Shown piece after piece: positions 49,715-58,943 of a DNA stretch of 64,000 nucleotides (its first letter is position 1; each line of letters opens with the position of its first letter). The position numbers and the translations under genes were made by a program. Origin of the DNA: an uncultured Clostridia bacterium (GTDB taxonomy: Bacteria > Bacillota > Clostridia > Christensenellales > UBA1242). The DNA lies in contig CALWTE010000015.1 in the NCBI GenBank assembly GCA_944384375.1, forward strand, positions 2,237 to 66,236, given 5' to 3'. Below the pieces are notes generated by a model. That model had not been told where the DNA came from, did no database searches, and was given only the letters and a program-made list of their open reading frames with translations.

Positions 49715-49882
49715 ATGGCTGAAAATGAAACCCCAGTTGAGCAAGAAAAGCAAGTAACGCAAGAAAAGCCTGCTGAGCAAAAAAAGCAAATGTCAGATAA
49801 AACTAGATATATTATAATGGGTGTTGCGCTTGCGGTTTGTGTAGTTGCAATTGTTCTTGCTTGCGTATTCTTGATTGATTAA
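49715..49882 (+). CDS. Small tail-anchored membrane protein (55 aa)
   Basis: Below the ORF-track cutoff; RBS GGAGG; MAENETPVEQEKQVTQEKPAEQKKQMSDKTRYIIMGVALAVCVVAIVLACVFLID*; followed by a hairpin. Confidence 0.7.
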   Translation: MAENETPVEQEKQVTQEKPAEQKKQMSDKTRYIIMGVALAVCVVAIVLACVFLID

Positions 49883-50014
49883 AAGGGAAATAGGGCTTAA
49901 AATTGCCTTATTTTTTTATCTTTATTTAAAAATTTATTAATTTAATTTGTTTAGACTTGATTTTTTTAATACAATATGATATTTTTATACAAAATTTTCA
50001 AGGAGTTAATGTTT

Positions 50015-50416
50015 ATGGAATTAGAAAGAACTTATATTATGTTAAAGCCAGACGCTGTTAGACGTGGTTTAATCGGGGAAATAATTTCCCGCATTGAGAA
50101 AAAGGGCTATAAAATTGTAGATATGAAAATGTTTACTCTTAGTAAAGAAATCTTAAAAGAGCACTACGCACATATCGCTGATAGACCTTTTTATCCTGAA
50201 GTAGAAGCATATATGACCAGTGGCCCTGTTGTAGGTATGGTTGTAGAAGGGGAACATGTTATAAAAGGTATGCGTAATTTTATGGGACCTACTAAATATT
50301 TAGAAGCCCCTGCAGGCACAATTAGGGGAGACTACTCTTGCAACGATAGGGAAAACCTTATTCACGGTAGCGACAGTCCCGAAACCGCAGCAATAGAAAT
50401 AAAACGTTTCTTCTAG
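50015..50416 (+). CDS. ndk: Nucleoside diphosphate kinase
   Basis: ERTYIMLKPDAV, SGPVVGMV, GTIRGD, catalytic NLIHGSDS; likely start ATG 50015 (RBS AGGAG). Confidence 0.97.
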   Translation: MELERTYIMLKPDAVRRGLIGEIISRIEKKGYKIVDMKMFTLSKEILKEHYAHIADRPFYPEVEAYMTSGPVVGMVVEGEHVIKGMRNFMGPTKYLEAPAGTIRGDYSCNDRENLIHGSDSPETAAIEIKRFF

Positions 50417-50590
50417 TTTTTGCATAAATTTTAGTAAATTTTAGCAAAATTTTATAAAAAATAGTTAATTTTTATAATAAAGACAAGCATTTAAGTAAGA
50501 AACTGCACTCTAAAAAGCTAGATACTTTGGTGTGAAGTGGAAAAATAAAAAATGCTTGTTTTTTGTTATTATTTTTTTATTACAAAACAC

Positions 50591-50679
50591 GGTACTATTC
50601 ATATGCATAATACTTGTTTTTAATATGCATAGTACTTGTTTTTGCGAATAGTTTTGTTTAAAACACAATGCATAGTACT
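50591..50679. repeat. Cluster of four TGCATA(A/G)TAC-type motifs
   Basis: Inverted GGTACTATTCA 50591, TGCATAATACT 50604, TGCATAGTACT 50626 and 50669. Confidence 0.7.
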
Positions 50680-51072
50680 TAAAATAGGGTTATAGTTGCA
50701 AATTTTAATTTGCAGTTATACTTAAGTTTTTTGACTTAAAAATTTTTGTTTTGTTTAGTTTTTTGATAAAATTTGTTTAAAATACTTAGTATTGTTTTGC
50801 TGTTTATTATTTAATTGTTATTGTTTTATTTAGCAATACAAAATTATATTTTTAATATTATATTTTAATCATATTTTTGCGCTAATACACTAAGAATATT
50901 TTATTTTTTATTTTAAATATTTTTTAACTAAGTATTTTATAAAAATTTTTAAATTAGCAAAAAATTTTTGCTAGTCTAATTTAAATGTGCAATAGCTTAT
51001 TTTAATTAAAAACCAAAGTTTAATATTAATTATATTAAAAAAACAAAACCTAGTTATTTTATCACTTTACAC

Positions 51073-51101
51073 TTGCAAAAACATAATATTTATATTATAA
51101 T
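51073..51101 (+). promoter_or_regulatory. Sigma-A promoter of glyQS
   Basis: TTGCAA-17 nt-TATAAT, 40 bp upstream of the start codon. Confidence 0.65.
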
Positions 51102-51141
51102 ATAAAAATCAATTTTAAATATATTTAGAAGGAATTAAAAA

Positions 51142-52551
51142 ATGAAAGACGATTTGACGATGACCGAATTAGTTGCGTTGTGTAAAAATAGGGGATTTAT
51201 TTTCCCTAGCAGTGAAATTTATGGGGGCTTGAGTAACTCATGGGACTATGGCCCACTTGGTGTGGAGTTAAAGAACAATATCAAGGCTGCATGGTGGAAA
51301 CGTTTTGTGCAACAAGAACCTAACAATGTAGGTCTTGACAGTGCAATAATAATGAACCCAACCGTTTGGAAGGCAAGTGGACACTTAGACGGTTTTAGCG
51401 ACCCGTTACTTGATTGCAAAAATTGTAAAACTAGACACCGTGCTGACAAATTGATTGAAGAATGGCTCTTTGAAAAAGAAAAGAAAGGCGAAAAGATGGA
51501 CATCGGTAGTGTGGAAGCCATGAGTAGCGAGCAAATGGAAGACTTTATCCGCAAAAACAACATTCCTTGTCCTGATTGTGGCAAATGCGACTTTACGCCT
51601 ATTCGTAAGTTTAATTTAATGTTTAAAACTTTTATAGGTGTTACCGAAGAAAACACAAACACAGTTTACTTGCGCCCTGAAACTGCGGGTGGAATTTTCG
51701 TAAACTTTAAGAACGTGCAGAGAGCGACTCGTAGCAAATTGCCTATGGGTATTTGCCAGATAGGTAAGGCGTTTAGGAACGAAATCACTCCTGGTAATTT
51801 TATCTTCCGTACTCGCGAATTTGAGCAAATGGAAATGGAATTTTTCTGCCACCCTGATAGCGCATCACAATGGCACGAATATTACCGCAAAGAATGTTTT
51901 AATTTCTTGTTGAGTTTAGGTATTCAAGAAGATTTACTCCGTCTCCGCGACCACTCTCCCGAAGAACTCGTGTTCTACTCAAAGGCGACTACCGATATTG
52001 AATTTAAGTTCCCATTTGGCTGGGGTGAGTTGTGGGGGATTGCAAATCGTACTGACTACGATTTAAAACAACATCAAGAATTCAGCGGGCAAGATTTGAG
52101 TTATACCGACCCTTACACAAACGAAACATACATTCCTAACGTGGTTGAGCCTAGTGTAGGTGTGGATAGAATGTTACTTGCAATTCTGTGTAGTGCGTAT
52201 AGGGAAGAAAAACTTGCCGACGACGACACAAGAATTGTGCTAGGCTTGTCTCCTAAAATTGCACCTATTAAAGTGGCTGTTTTACCTTTGTCTAAAAAAT
52301 TAGAAGATTCAGCCTTTGCTATTTACAAGAATTTAACTAATAATTTCCGTTGCGAATTTGACGTAACAGGTTCAATAGGTAAACGCTATCGTAGACAAGA
52401 CGAAATAGGTACGCCGTTCTGTGTAACAATAGACTTTGATACAGAAAACGACAATTCAGTTACCGTACGCGATAGAGATTCTATGGAGCAAGTGCGTATA
52501 AAAATAGACGATTTAAACGACTACATAACTAAAAAACTTAACGAATGTTAA
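51142..52551 (+). CDS. glyQS: Glycine--tRNA ligase, homodimeric (alpha2) type
   Basis: [64 protein letters not shown]. Confidence 0.98.
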   Translation: MKDDLTMTELVALCKNRGFIFPSSEIYGGLSNSWDYGPLGVELKNNIKAAWWKRFVQQEPNNVGLDSAIIMNPTVWKASGHLDGFSDPLLDCKNCKTRHRADKLIEEWLFEKEKKGEKMDIGSVEAMSSEQMEDFIRKNNIPCPDCGKCDFTPIRKFNLMFKTFIGVTEENTNTVYLRPETAGGIFVNFKNVQRATRSKLPMGICQIGKAFRNEITPGNFIFRTREFEQMEMEFFCHPDSASQWHEYYRKECFNFLLSLGIQEDLLRLRDHSPEELVFYSKATTDIEFKFPFGWGELWGIANRTDYDLKQHQEFSGQDLSYTDPYTNETYIPNVVEPSVGVDRMLLAILCSAYREEKLADDDTRIVLGLSPKIAPIKVAVLPLSKKLEDSAFAIYKNLTNNFRCEFDVTGSIGKRYRRQDEIGTPFCVTIDFDTENDNSVTVRDRDSMEQVRIKIDDLNDYITKKLNEC

Positions 52552-52727
52552 ATTTTCTAAAATTGTGGAAAATAAGTAAAAAATATTAAAAAATTCTTGT
52601 TTAATTCAACTAAATCACTATTATTTATTAATAAATAAAGGAATAAAATATTTTTTTATTCTTTTTCATTTGATTTTTTTAGCATTTTATGGCACAATAA
52701 ATTTATATTCAGTAGGTAGGTGTTTGT

Positions 52728-53576
52728 ATGAAAATAAAAATTACTGGCGATACTGTCTGTGATTTATCTGCAGATTTATTAAAACTAAATAATATTAGTA
52801 TTATGCCTGTGCACGTTACTTTGGGCGACAAAGAATATGAAGACAGTGCCACAATTACGCAAGAGGAATTTTATAGTTTCTTAAAAAATAATCCAGTTTT
52901 GCCAAAAACTGCCGCATATAACCCACTAGAAGTAGCTGAATTTTTTAAAGAACAATTAAACAGCGATGGCGGTTATGATGCTTTAATTCACTTTACTATT
53001 TCAGCAAAAATTTCAACTATTTACCAAAATTGCGTAACTGCAGCACAAGAGTTTGACGGCAAAGTTTTTGTGGTAGATTCTAAATCACTTTCAACAGGTA
53101 TAGGATTGCAAATGCTTTATGCTTGTGATTTGGTTAAACAAGGTTTTGACGCTAAAACAGTTTATGAGAAAGTTTTAGATAGAGTAGAAAGAGTGCAGGC
53201 TAGTTTCATTCTAGATAAACTTACGTATCTGCACAAAGGCGGACGTTGCTCTGGTGTTGCACTTTTTGCTGCTAGCGCACTAGGTATAAAACCTATTATT
53301 ATTTTATCTAATGGCGAGATGAAGGTTGGCAAAAAACTTATGGGCAAGTTTGAAAAGTCTGTTGACTCTTACGTTGATTACATTTTGCAAAATTTTAGCG
53401 ACATTGATAGGACACGTTGCTTTATCACTCATACGCCGATTGATAGCAAAATTGTAGATTCAATTCGCGAAAAGATAAAAGACAAATTTGACGAAGTCAT
53501 AGAAACAAACGCAGGTTGTACGGTAGGAACACATTGTGGTCCAAACACAATCGGCATTTTGTATTACCAAAAGTAG
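52728..53576 (+). CDS. DegV-family fatty acid-binding protein
   Basis: ITGDTVCDL, PKTAA, ISAKIS, VVDSKSLSTG, YLHKGGR, GIKPII, VGTHCGP. Confidence 0.93.
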   Translation: MKIKITGDTVCDLSADLLKLNNISIMPVHVTLGDKEYEDSATITQEEFYSFLKNNPVLPKTAAYNPLEVAEFFKEQLNSDGGYDALIHFTISAKISTIYQNCVTAAQEFDGKVFVVDSKSLSTGIGLQMLYACDLVKQGFDAKTVYEKVLDRVERVQASFILDKLTYLHKGGRCSGVALFAASALGIKPIIILSNGEMKVGKKLMGKFEKSVDSYVDYILQNFSDIDRTRCFITHTPIDSKIVDSIREKIKDKFDEVIETNAGCTVGTHCGPNTIGILYYQK

Positions 53577-53776
53577 TAAAAAATTAACAAAAAATATGGT
53601 AATAAAAAAATCAACTGCAAAGAAATTAAATTTAACTAAAATAAAGACAAAATTAAATCAATTTGAAACCTAATATAATCAAATTTAGATAAAATAAAAA
53701 CAAAATAAAAATGTAATCAAATAAAAAATAATTAAAACAAAACCAAAAATTAAAATTTATTAGTTAAAAACTACCA

Positions 53777-53801
53777 AAAGGCTACTTTGCTAGCCTTTTT
53801 T
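53777..53801 (+). terminator. Intrinsic terminator
   Basis: AAAAGGCTA-ctttgc-TAGCCTTTTTT. Confidence 0.7.
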
Positions 53802-53872
53802 CTTATAAAAATTTAATTGATAAATTACTAAAAAACTGGTATAATAAGGAAAATACTCAAAGGCGGTTTAAT

Positions 53873-55486
53873 ATGGAATTAACAATAGACAAAAGAAAAC
53901 TAGACATAAATTCTAGAAATAATTTTAATTTAGGTTACTGGGATATGGTATTTTGGCAAAATAACCCCATACAAATAAACAATGAAAGCGAAACGGCTAG
54001 CAGGCTGGGGGCATACTTAGAGATGGAATTGCAAAACTTGTATAGTTACGCTAGACCAGAAAATTTTTCAATAAATAGCGAAAATAACCCCGATATTGAT
54101 AGATATTTTAATAGTGAGTTACAAGCTTTGCGTGCAAGGGGAGCAGGAGAGCAAGCGCAATATTTAGAGCAAGACAGTTTAAATCAAAAACAGTATTTAG
54201 CGCAAACGTTTGGTGAAAAACAATACGAAGAATATAAACATTTGGTAGATTTTTTCGCAAACAGTAATTACCCTGCAAGTTTTCAGTGGTTAATGCTAAA
54301 TGAAACCTTAACTAGTTCATATAGAATGGACTTTTCAAAAGGCGAGCCAAAGTTAATAGTCAACGCAAGAAAACCACATCAAACTATCTTAGGTATGATG
54401 AACTTACCAACACAAATAATAGATTATATATATAATAATGCACCAAATTACACAAGTTTTAAAAAGTTATACACCGATGCGCAAGTGGATTTTCAAAAAT
54501 TTGTAGCAAAGTCTAGCGAAGTAAACTTTGAAAATGTAGATACTTTTGGCAAAGGATATTGGATAAAGTTTAATAGTCAACAACACGACCCAGAAAATTT
54601 TGAGCAAAATGTGGCGAACTTAAAAGCACTTGTAGCAGACACCCCTTGGTGTACGAGCACACTAGCCAGCACGCATTTAAGTCAAGGTGATTTTTATGTA
54701 TTTGTAGATAACAATAACAAAGCCCACATTGCAGTTAAAATGAATGGTAATGCAATAGACGAAGTACGTGGAATAAAGAATGGCAATAATCAAGAGTTGG
54801 AAGACGATTACCGAGATGTAGCCGTGAACTTTTTGCAAAACAACACTGAAATACAATATGGCAAAGAATGGTTAGACAAGGAAGAGTGGAATGCAAGATT
54901 GGTGCAGTATAGAAAGGATATTGAGAATAATACATTTAATACAAAAAATATACCCAATTTATTAAATGATTTAGTAAAAATAGATTTTAGGAGTCATGGA
55001 GAAAACAGTAATTTAACAGCATTGCAAGATGTTTTGCCTATAATTAAACCGCAAATAGTACAATATTTTAATTGCAACGAAGAAGAAATTTGCGCCACAG
55101 ATTATATACCAAATAAAGTAAATATATGCCCTTATAGAATTATATTGGGTAATGGGAATTTTCTAATTTGTACTAGTGCGGAAAAATTGGAATATGTAGC
55201 AGGGAATGCTGATTTTAGCAAAAGTAAAATAAAGAATTTGAGTAATTTAAAAGTAATCGGTGGGGATGCTGATTTTAGGAATAGTCAAGTAATAGACTTA
55301 GGTAACTTGCAAACAATCGGTAGAGATGCTGATTTTAGAGATAGTCAAGTAACAGACTTAGGTAACTTGCAAACAATCGGTGGAAATGCTAATTTTTGGA
55401 ATAGTGGAATAACTGATTTAAAAAATTTAAGGAGCGTGAGTAAATTGTATGTTGACGAGGGACAAATAAAAAAGCAGACTTTTTAG
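53873..55486 (+). CDS. Hypothetical protein with a central PWCT...IDEVRG domain and C-terminal 20-aa LRR-like repeats
   Basis: 537-aa ORF, RBS AAGG; repeats IGGDADFRNSQVIDLGNLQT; reading frame may continue in -1 to 55680. Confidence 0.75.
   Translation: MELTIDKRKLDINSRNNFNLGYWDMVFWQNNPIQINNESETASRLGAYLEMELQNLYSYARPENFSINSENNPDIDRYFNSELQALRARGAGEQAQYLEQDSLNQKQYLAQTFGEKQYEEYKHLVDFFANSNYPASFQWLMLNETLTSSYRMDFSKGEPKLIVNARKPHQTILGMMNLPTQIIDYIYNNAPNYTSFKKLYTDAQVDFQKFVAKSSEVNFENVDTFGKGYWIKFNSQQHDPENFEQNVANLKALVADTPWCTSTLASTHLSQGDFYVFVDNNNKAHIAVKMNGNAIDEVRGIKNGNNQELEDDYRDVAVNFLQNNTEIQYGKEWLDKEEWNARLVQYRKDIENNTFNTKNIPNLLNDLVKIDFRSHGENSNLTALQDVLPIIKPQIVQYFNCNEEEICATDYIPNKVNICPYRIILGNGNFLICTSAEKLEYVAGNADFSKSKIKNLSNLKVIGGDADFRNSQVIDLGNLQTIGRDADFRDSQVTDLGNLQTIGGNANFWNSGITDLKNLRSVSKLYVDEGQIKKQTF
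55256..55400 (+). repeat. 60-bp coding tandem repeat (two near-identical units plus degenerate flanking units)
   Basis: 55256-55315 and 55316-55375 differ at only a few positions; a third, degenerate unit starts at 55376. Confidence 0.9.
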
Positions 55487-55914
55487 AAAATGCTAATACA
55501 GTTTTATTAAGTCAAAGTAATATAAGTAATGAGCGAAGAAGCACATTACTATTGGAATCTATGTTTAATAATTTTTTTAATAAAAAAGATAATAGTTTTA
55601 TTGAATTATCCTTAGACGAATTTAAACAAGAAATTGCTAGAAATAATGAAAATCAAAATACAACCCAAATGGGCGAATAAAAATTTTATAAAATTTTTAT
55701 TTATTATTTAATTTTAATTTAATTTTTTTAAAACATTATATTTATTAATAAAATCATATTTCAATAACTAATTAAAGCACTAAATTTTTAGTGTTTTAAT
55801 TTTGAGTTAAATTTGCACTTATCGTATTTATAAGCAGAATTCTTTGTTATTTCACTTTCTTGACTAAATTCCTAAATTATGTTATTATTTTATACTAAAT
55901 AAAGTGGAGAGATT

Positions 55915-57945
55915 ATGGACAAAAATAGCAAAGAATGGAACGAAGAAGTTTTGTACTTAGACAAGACGAAAAAAGTAATAGATAAAAAGATTGAAAAACT
56001 TAATTTTGATATCGCACAATCAAAACAAACGGTAGAAGAATTGCGTCAGTATTATGTAGATGGCACGCAAATTTTTGGTGATTTAGACAACGCTGAAATG
56101 GTTTCAGTAAATCAAGTTATTAATGAAAATATTGATTTGGCAAATAATAATATTGACAAAGCGAACTTGCTTATTCGCAACAGGCAAAGGCCATATTTCG
56201 GTAGGGTAGATTTTACTACCGATAAAAAAGACGAGATAAAAGCCTACATAGGCCTAACAGGTGTGGAAGAAAATAATAACTACTATGTCATTGACTGGCG
56301 TGCGCCCATTGCCGAACTATTTTACGAGCATGGATTAGGCAAGGCAAAATATACTATCCCAGACGGCACTGTTTCTGGCAATATTACACTTAAAAGGCAA
56401 TATGATATTAATAATGGCGAACTGCTAGACTGTTTTGATGTTGATGCAAATCTTTTTGACGAATACTTGCAAAAAGTACTTTCCAAAATCAATGCCGACC
56501 ACTTGCATAACATCGCCGCGACCATTCAAAGCGAGCAAAACGAAATCATTCGCAACTTAAAAGACGATTTGGTAATTGTGCAAGGTTATTCAGGTAGTGG
56601 CAAAACGACCGTCGCACTGCACCGAATTGCTTATGCGTTGTACCGTTTGCGTGATTTGAAATCGGCAAACATTTTGCTATTTACCCTTAATGAAGCCTTT
56701 ATGTCTCATATTGAAGGTGTTTTACCCGAACTAGGTGAGCAAAACACCCGTAGCGCAACCTTAGCAAAATTTGTGGGCAGATTGCTAAAAATTACAAAAA
56801 ACATTGAAGAAAATCAAGAGTTTTTAACGCGTTTTGTTAATTCAACCGAGCAAGAAAGGGTAGAAATTCAGGCAAAACTTGATTTGAGCATTAAAGAAAA
56901 GGTAAAGGACTGGTGCGAAAACTTTGTTGCGACTCGCAAGGTTGAGAATGGTTTTAAAGTGCAAAACAAAGGCTTTACTGCCGAAATGTTAAACGATTTA
57001 TATGCAAAACTTGATGACGAAAAACTTTTCCCTAGACTCAATAAAATCGCAAACGCAATTTGTGCAAAGTTAAAAGTTACTAAACTATTAGCAGTTAAAC
57101 GCATTGTTTTTGATAAAATTTACGAATGTTTTAACGTTCCGCGCAGTTTGGAAGATATTTATAAATTATTCTGTGCTGATTTAGGCTTTAAGGCATACAC
57201 TGGCGAAAAAATTTACACCGAAGACGCTATTCTAATGTGTCTAATTAAAGAAAATTTAAGTGATATGATGATTAAAATGGATATTCGCCATATTGTAATA
57301 GACGAAGTGCAAGAATACCCGCTACTTTTTATAGACTTTTTGCTGAGAGCCTTTCCGCGCGCGCAGTTTAGTGTGTTTGGCGATAAATATCAACGCACAA
57401 ATCCAACAGGTATAGACGATTTGCAGAAAATCATAGACTTAAAGGCGATTTTTGGCACAAGCAAGTTGTATAACCTTGATAACACATACCGCAGTAGTGA
57501 AGAAATTGTAGAATACTGCTCAAAACTGATAGGTAACCCACGCCACAACGTATTTAGATATAGCAATGGGCAGAAGGTGGAAGAACTTCCGCTTGCCGAT
57601 AACAATGTGCAGGTTGCTAGCCAAATTTTGTTCATTTTGGAAAAAGAAATCGCTCAAAATGGTACAATTGGCATAATCACAGGTAGTGAAGCAAGTGCAA
57701 AAGAAATTTATCACGAAATTGCACAAGTTTGTCCGCACAAGATAAGTCTTATTGATTCGGCGGATAGTCTAGCAATGGAGCAAATTCAAATTTTGCCCGT
57801 TAGTTTGTGTAAAGGTTTGGAATTCAACTCCGTTATTGTTGTGAATGACGGCGGTTTGTTTGAAAGTATTTTGGGGGACAACCTAGAATATATTGCTTGC
57901 ACTAGGGCAATAAACAAATTATATGTACTAAAGAAGAATGTCTAA
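55915..57945 (+). CDS. helD: HelD-like UvrD/SF1 helicase (RNA polymerase recycling motor family)
   Basis: PYFGRVDF, VIDWRAPIAELFY, LKRQY, IAATIQSEQNEIIR, QGYSGSGKTTVALHRIAY, IDEVQE, YRSS, KGLEF, YIACTRA. Confidence 0.85.
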   Translation: MDKNSKEWNEEVLYLDKTKKVIDKKIEKLNFDIAQSKQTVEELRQYYVDGTQIFGDLDNAEMVSVNQVINENIDLANNNIDKANLLIRNRQRPYFGRVDFTTDKKDEIKAYIGLTGVEENNNYYVIDWRAPIAELFYEHGLGKAKYTIPDGTVSGNITLKRQYDINNGELLDCFDVDANLFDEYLQKVLSKINADHLHNIAATIQSEQNEIIRNLKDDLVIVQGYSGSGKTTVALHRIAYALYRLRDLKSANILLFTLNEAFMSHIEGVLPELGEQNTRSATLAKFVGRLLKITKNIEENQEFLTRFVNSTEQERVEIQAKLDLSIKEKVKDWCENFVATRKVENGFKVQNKGFTAEMLNDLYAKLDDEKLFPRLNKIANAICAKLKVTKLLAVKRIVFDKIYECFNVPRSLEDIYKLFCADLGFKAYTGEKIYTEDAILMCLIKENLSDMMIKMDIRHIVIDEVQEYPLLFIDFLLRAFPRAQFSVFGDKYQRTNPTGIDDLQKIIDLKAIFGTSKLYNLDNTYRSSEEIVEYCSKLIGNPRHNVFRYSNGQKVEELPLADNNVQVASQILFILEKEIAQNGTIGIITGSEASAKEIYHEIAQVCPHKISLIDSADSLAMEQIQILPVSLCKGLEFNSVIVVNDGGLFESILGDNLEYIACTRAINKLYVLKKNV

Positions 57946-57959
57946 AAGGATAAAATTTT

Positions 57960-58433
57960 ATGAAATGTAAATTTTGTGATAGTTTAGATAGCAAGGTAAT
58001 TGATTCGCGTTTGAATGAAAATGGCACAAGTGTTCGTCGTAGGCGTGAATGTACAAAATGTGGCAGACGTTTCACAACTTTTGAAGAATACGAAACTATA
58101 CCCGTTTTGGTAATTAAAAATGATGGTTCTAGACAGCCTTTTGATAGGGAAAAGATAAAACGTGGCATAATCAAGGCTTGCGAAAAACGTCCTGTTACGC
58201 TGAGCCAGATTGAAGAAATGGTTTGTGAAATTGAAAAAGAAATCAATAATTCGCTAGAACCTGAAATTAGCAGTAAGGAAATAGGTGAGTTAGTAATGAA
58301 GGCGATTAAATCTGTTGACCAGGTAGCGTATATTAGATTTGCTTCGGTTTATAGACAATTTACTGACGTTAGCAACTTTATTGAACTTTTAGACGATTTC
58401 AAAAGCGAAATAGAAAAGAAAAAAGATAGTTAA
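57960..58433 (+). CDS. nrdR: Transcriptional repressor NrdR
   Basis: MKCKFC..DSKVIDSR, RRRRECTKCGRRFTTFE, ATP cone, VAYIRFASVYR. Confidence 0.98.
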   Translation: MKCKFCDSLDSKVIDSRLNENGTSVRRRRECTKCGRRFTTFEEYETIPVLVIKNDGSRQPFDREKIKRGIIKACEKRPVTLSQIEEMVCEIEKEINNSLEPEISSKEIGELVMKAIKSVDQVAYIRFASVYRQFTDVSNFIELLDDFKSEIEKKKDS

Positions 58434-58466
58434 GTTTAAGTTTTTTATAAAATTAAATTTTAGTTT

Positions 58467-58499
58467 TTGCGCGAAAATTTACGAATTTTCGCGTTTTTT
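58467..58499 (+). terminator. Intrinsic terminator after nrdR
   Basis: GCGCGAAAATT-tacg-AATTTTCGCGTTTTTT. Confidence 0.7.
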
Positions 58500-58709
58500 A
58501 TTAAAAAACTGCATTTTTTTGCTATTTTTTACAAAAATTTTAGTATTTTGCATAAAATTATGCATTTTGCGAATTTATTTGTGTTATATTTAAATTTTAG
58601 ATATAAATAAAATCCATATAAGCACTTGGTTAAACAAGTGCTTTTTTGTTTTGCTGATGATATTTAAAAGAGTAATAATATTTTGTAAAGTAAAAAAATA
58701 AAATAAACT

Positions 58710-58943
58710 ATGAATTTATCACAAGCAAAAACAGATTCTTTAGTTAAAATATTAACTGTAGATGCCGATTTGAAATTAAAAAGTCATTTGTATAATTTAG
58801 GAATTTGTCCTAAAACCCAAATTTATGTAAAACAAAATGGTAGGGCAGGGGGAATGTTTGTAGTAAAAGGGGCATTGCTAGGAATAAAGGAAAGCATTTT
58901 AAAATTAATTTTGGTGGAACCCGTATGCAAAGAATTTATTTAG
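58710..58943 (+). CDS. feoA: Ferrous iron transport protein A
   Basis: 77 aa, HLYNLGICPKTQI SH3-like pattern, overlaps feoB. Confidence 0.8.
   Translation: MNLSQAKTDSLVKILTVDADLKLKSHLYNLGICPKTQIYVKQNGRAGGMFVVKGALLGIKESILKLILVEPVCKEFI

Noticed and set aside
55256-55400. Diversity-generating retroelement template/variable repeat pair
   Set aside because: The copies are adjacent in-frame tandem units, differences are not confined to one adenine-specific pattern, and no reverse transcriptase is present
2110-58650. AGCACT...AGTGCT hairpins (near 2115, 22513, 45283, 55776, 58620) as a mobile repeat family
   Set aside because: Loops and lengths differ and most sit just after stop codons; ordinary intrinsic terminators explain them
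58600-58710. Fur/DtxR box upstream of feoA
   Set aside because: The region is too AT-rich to distinguish a box from background by eye
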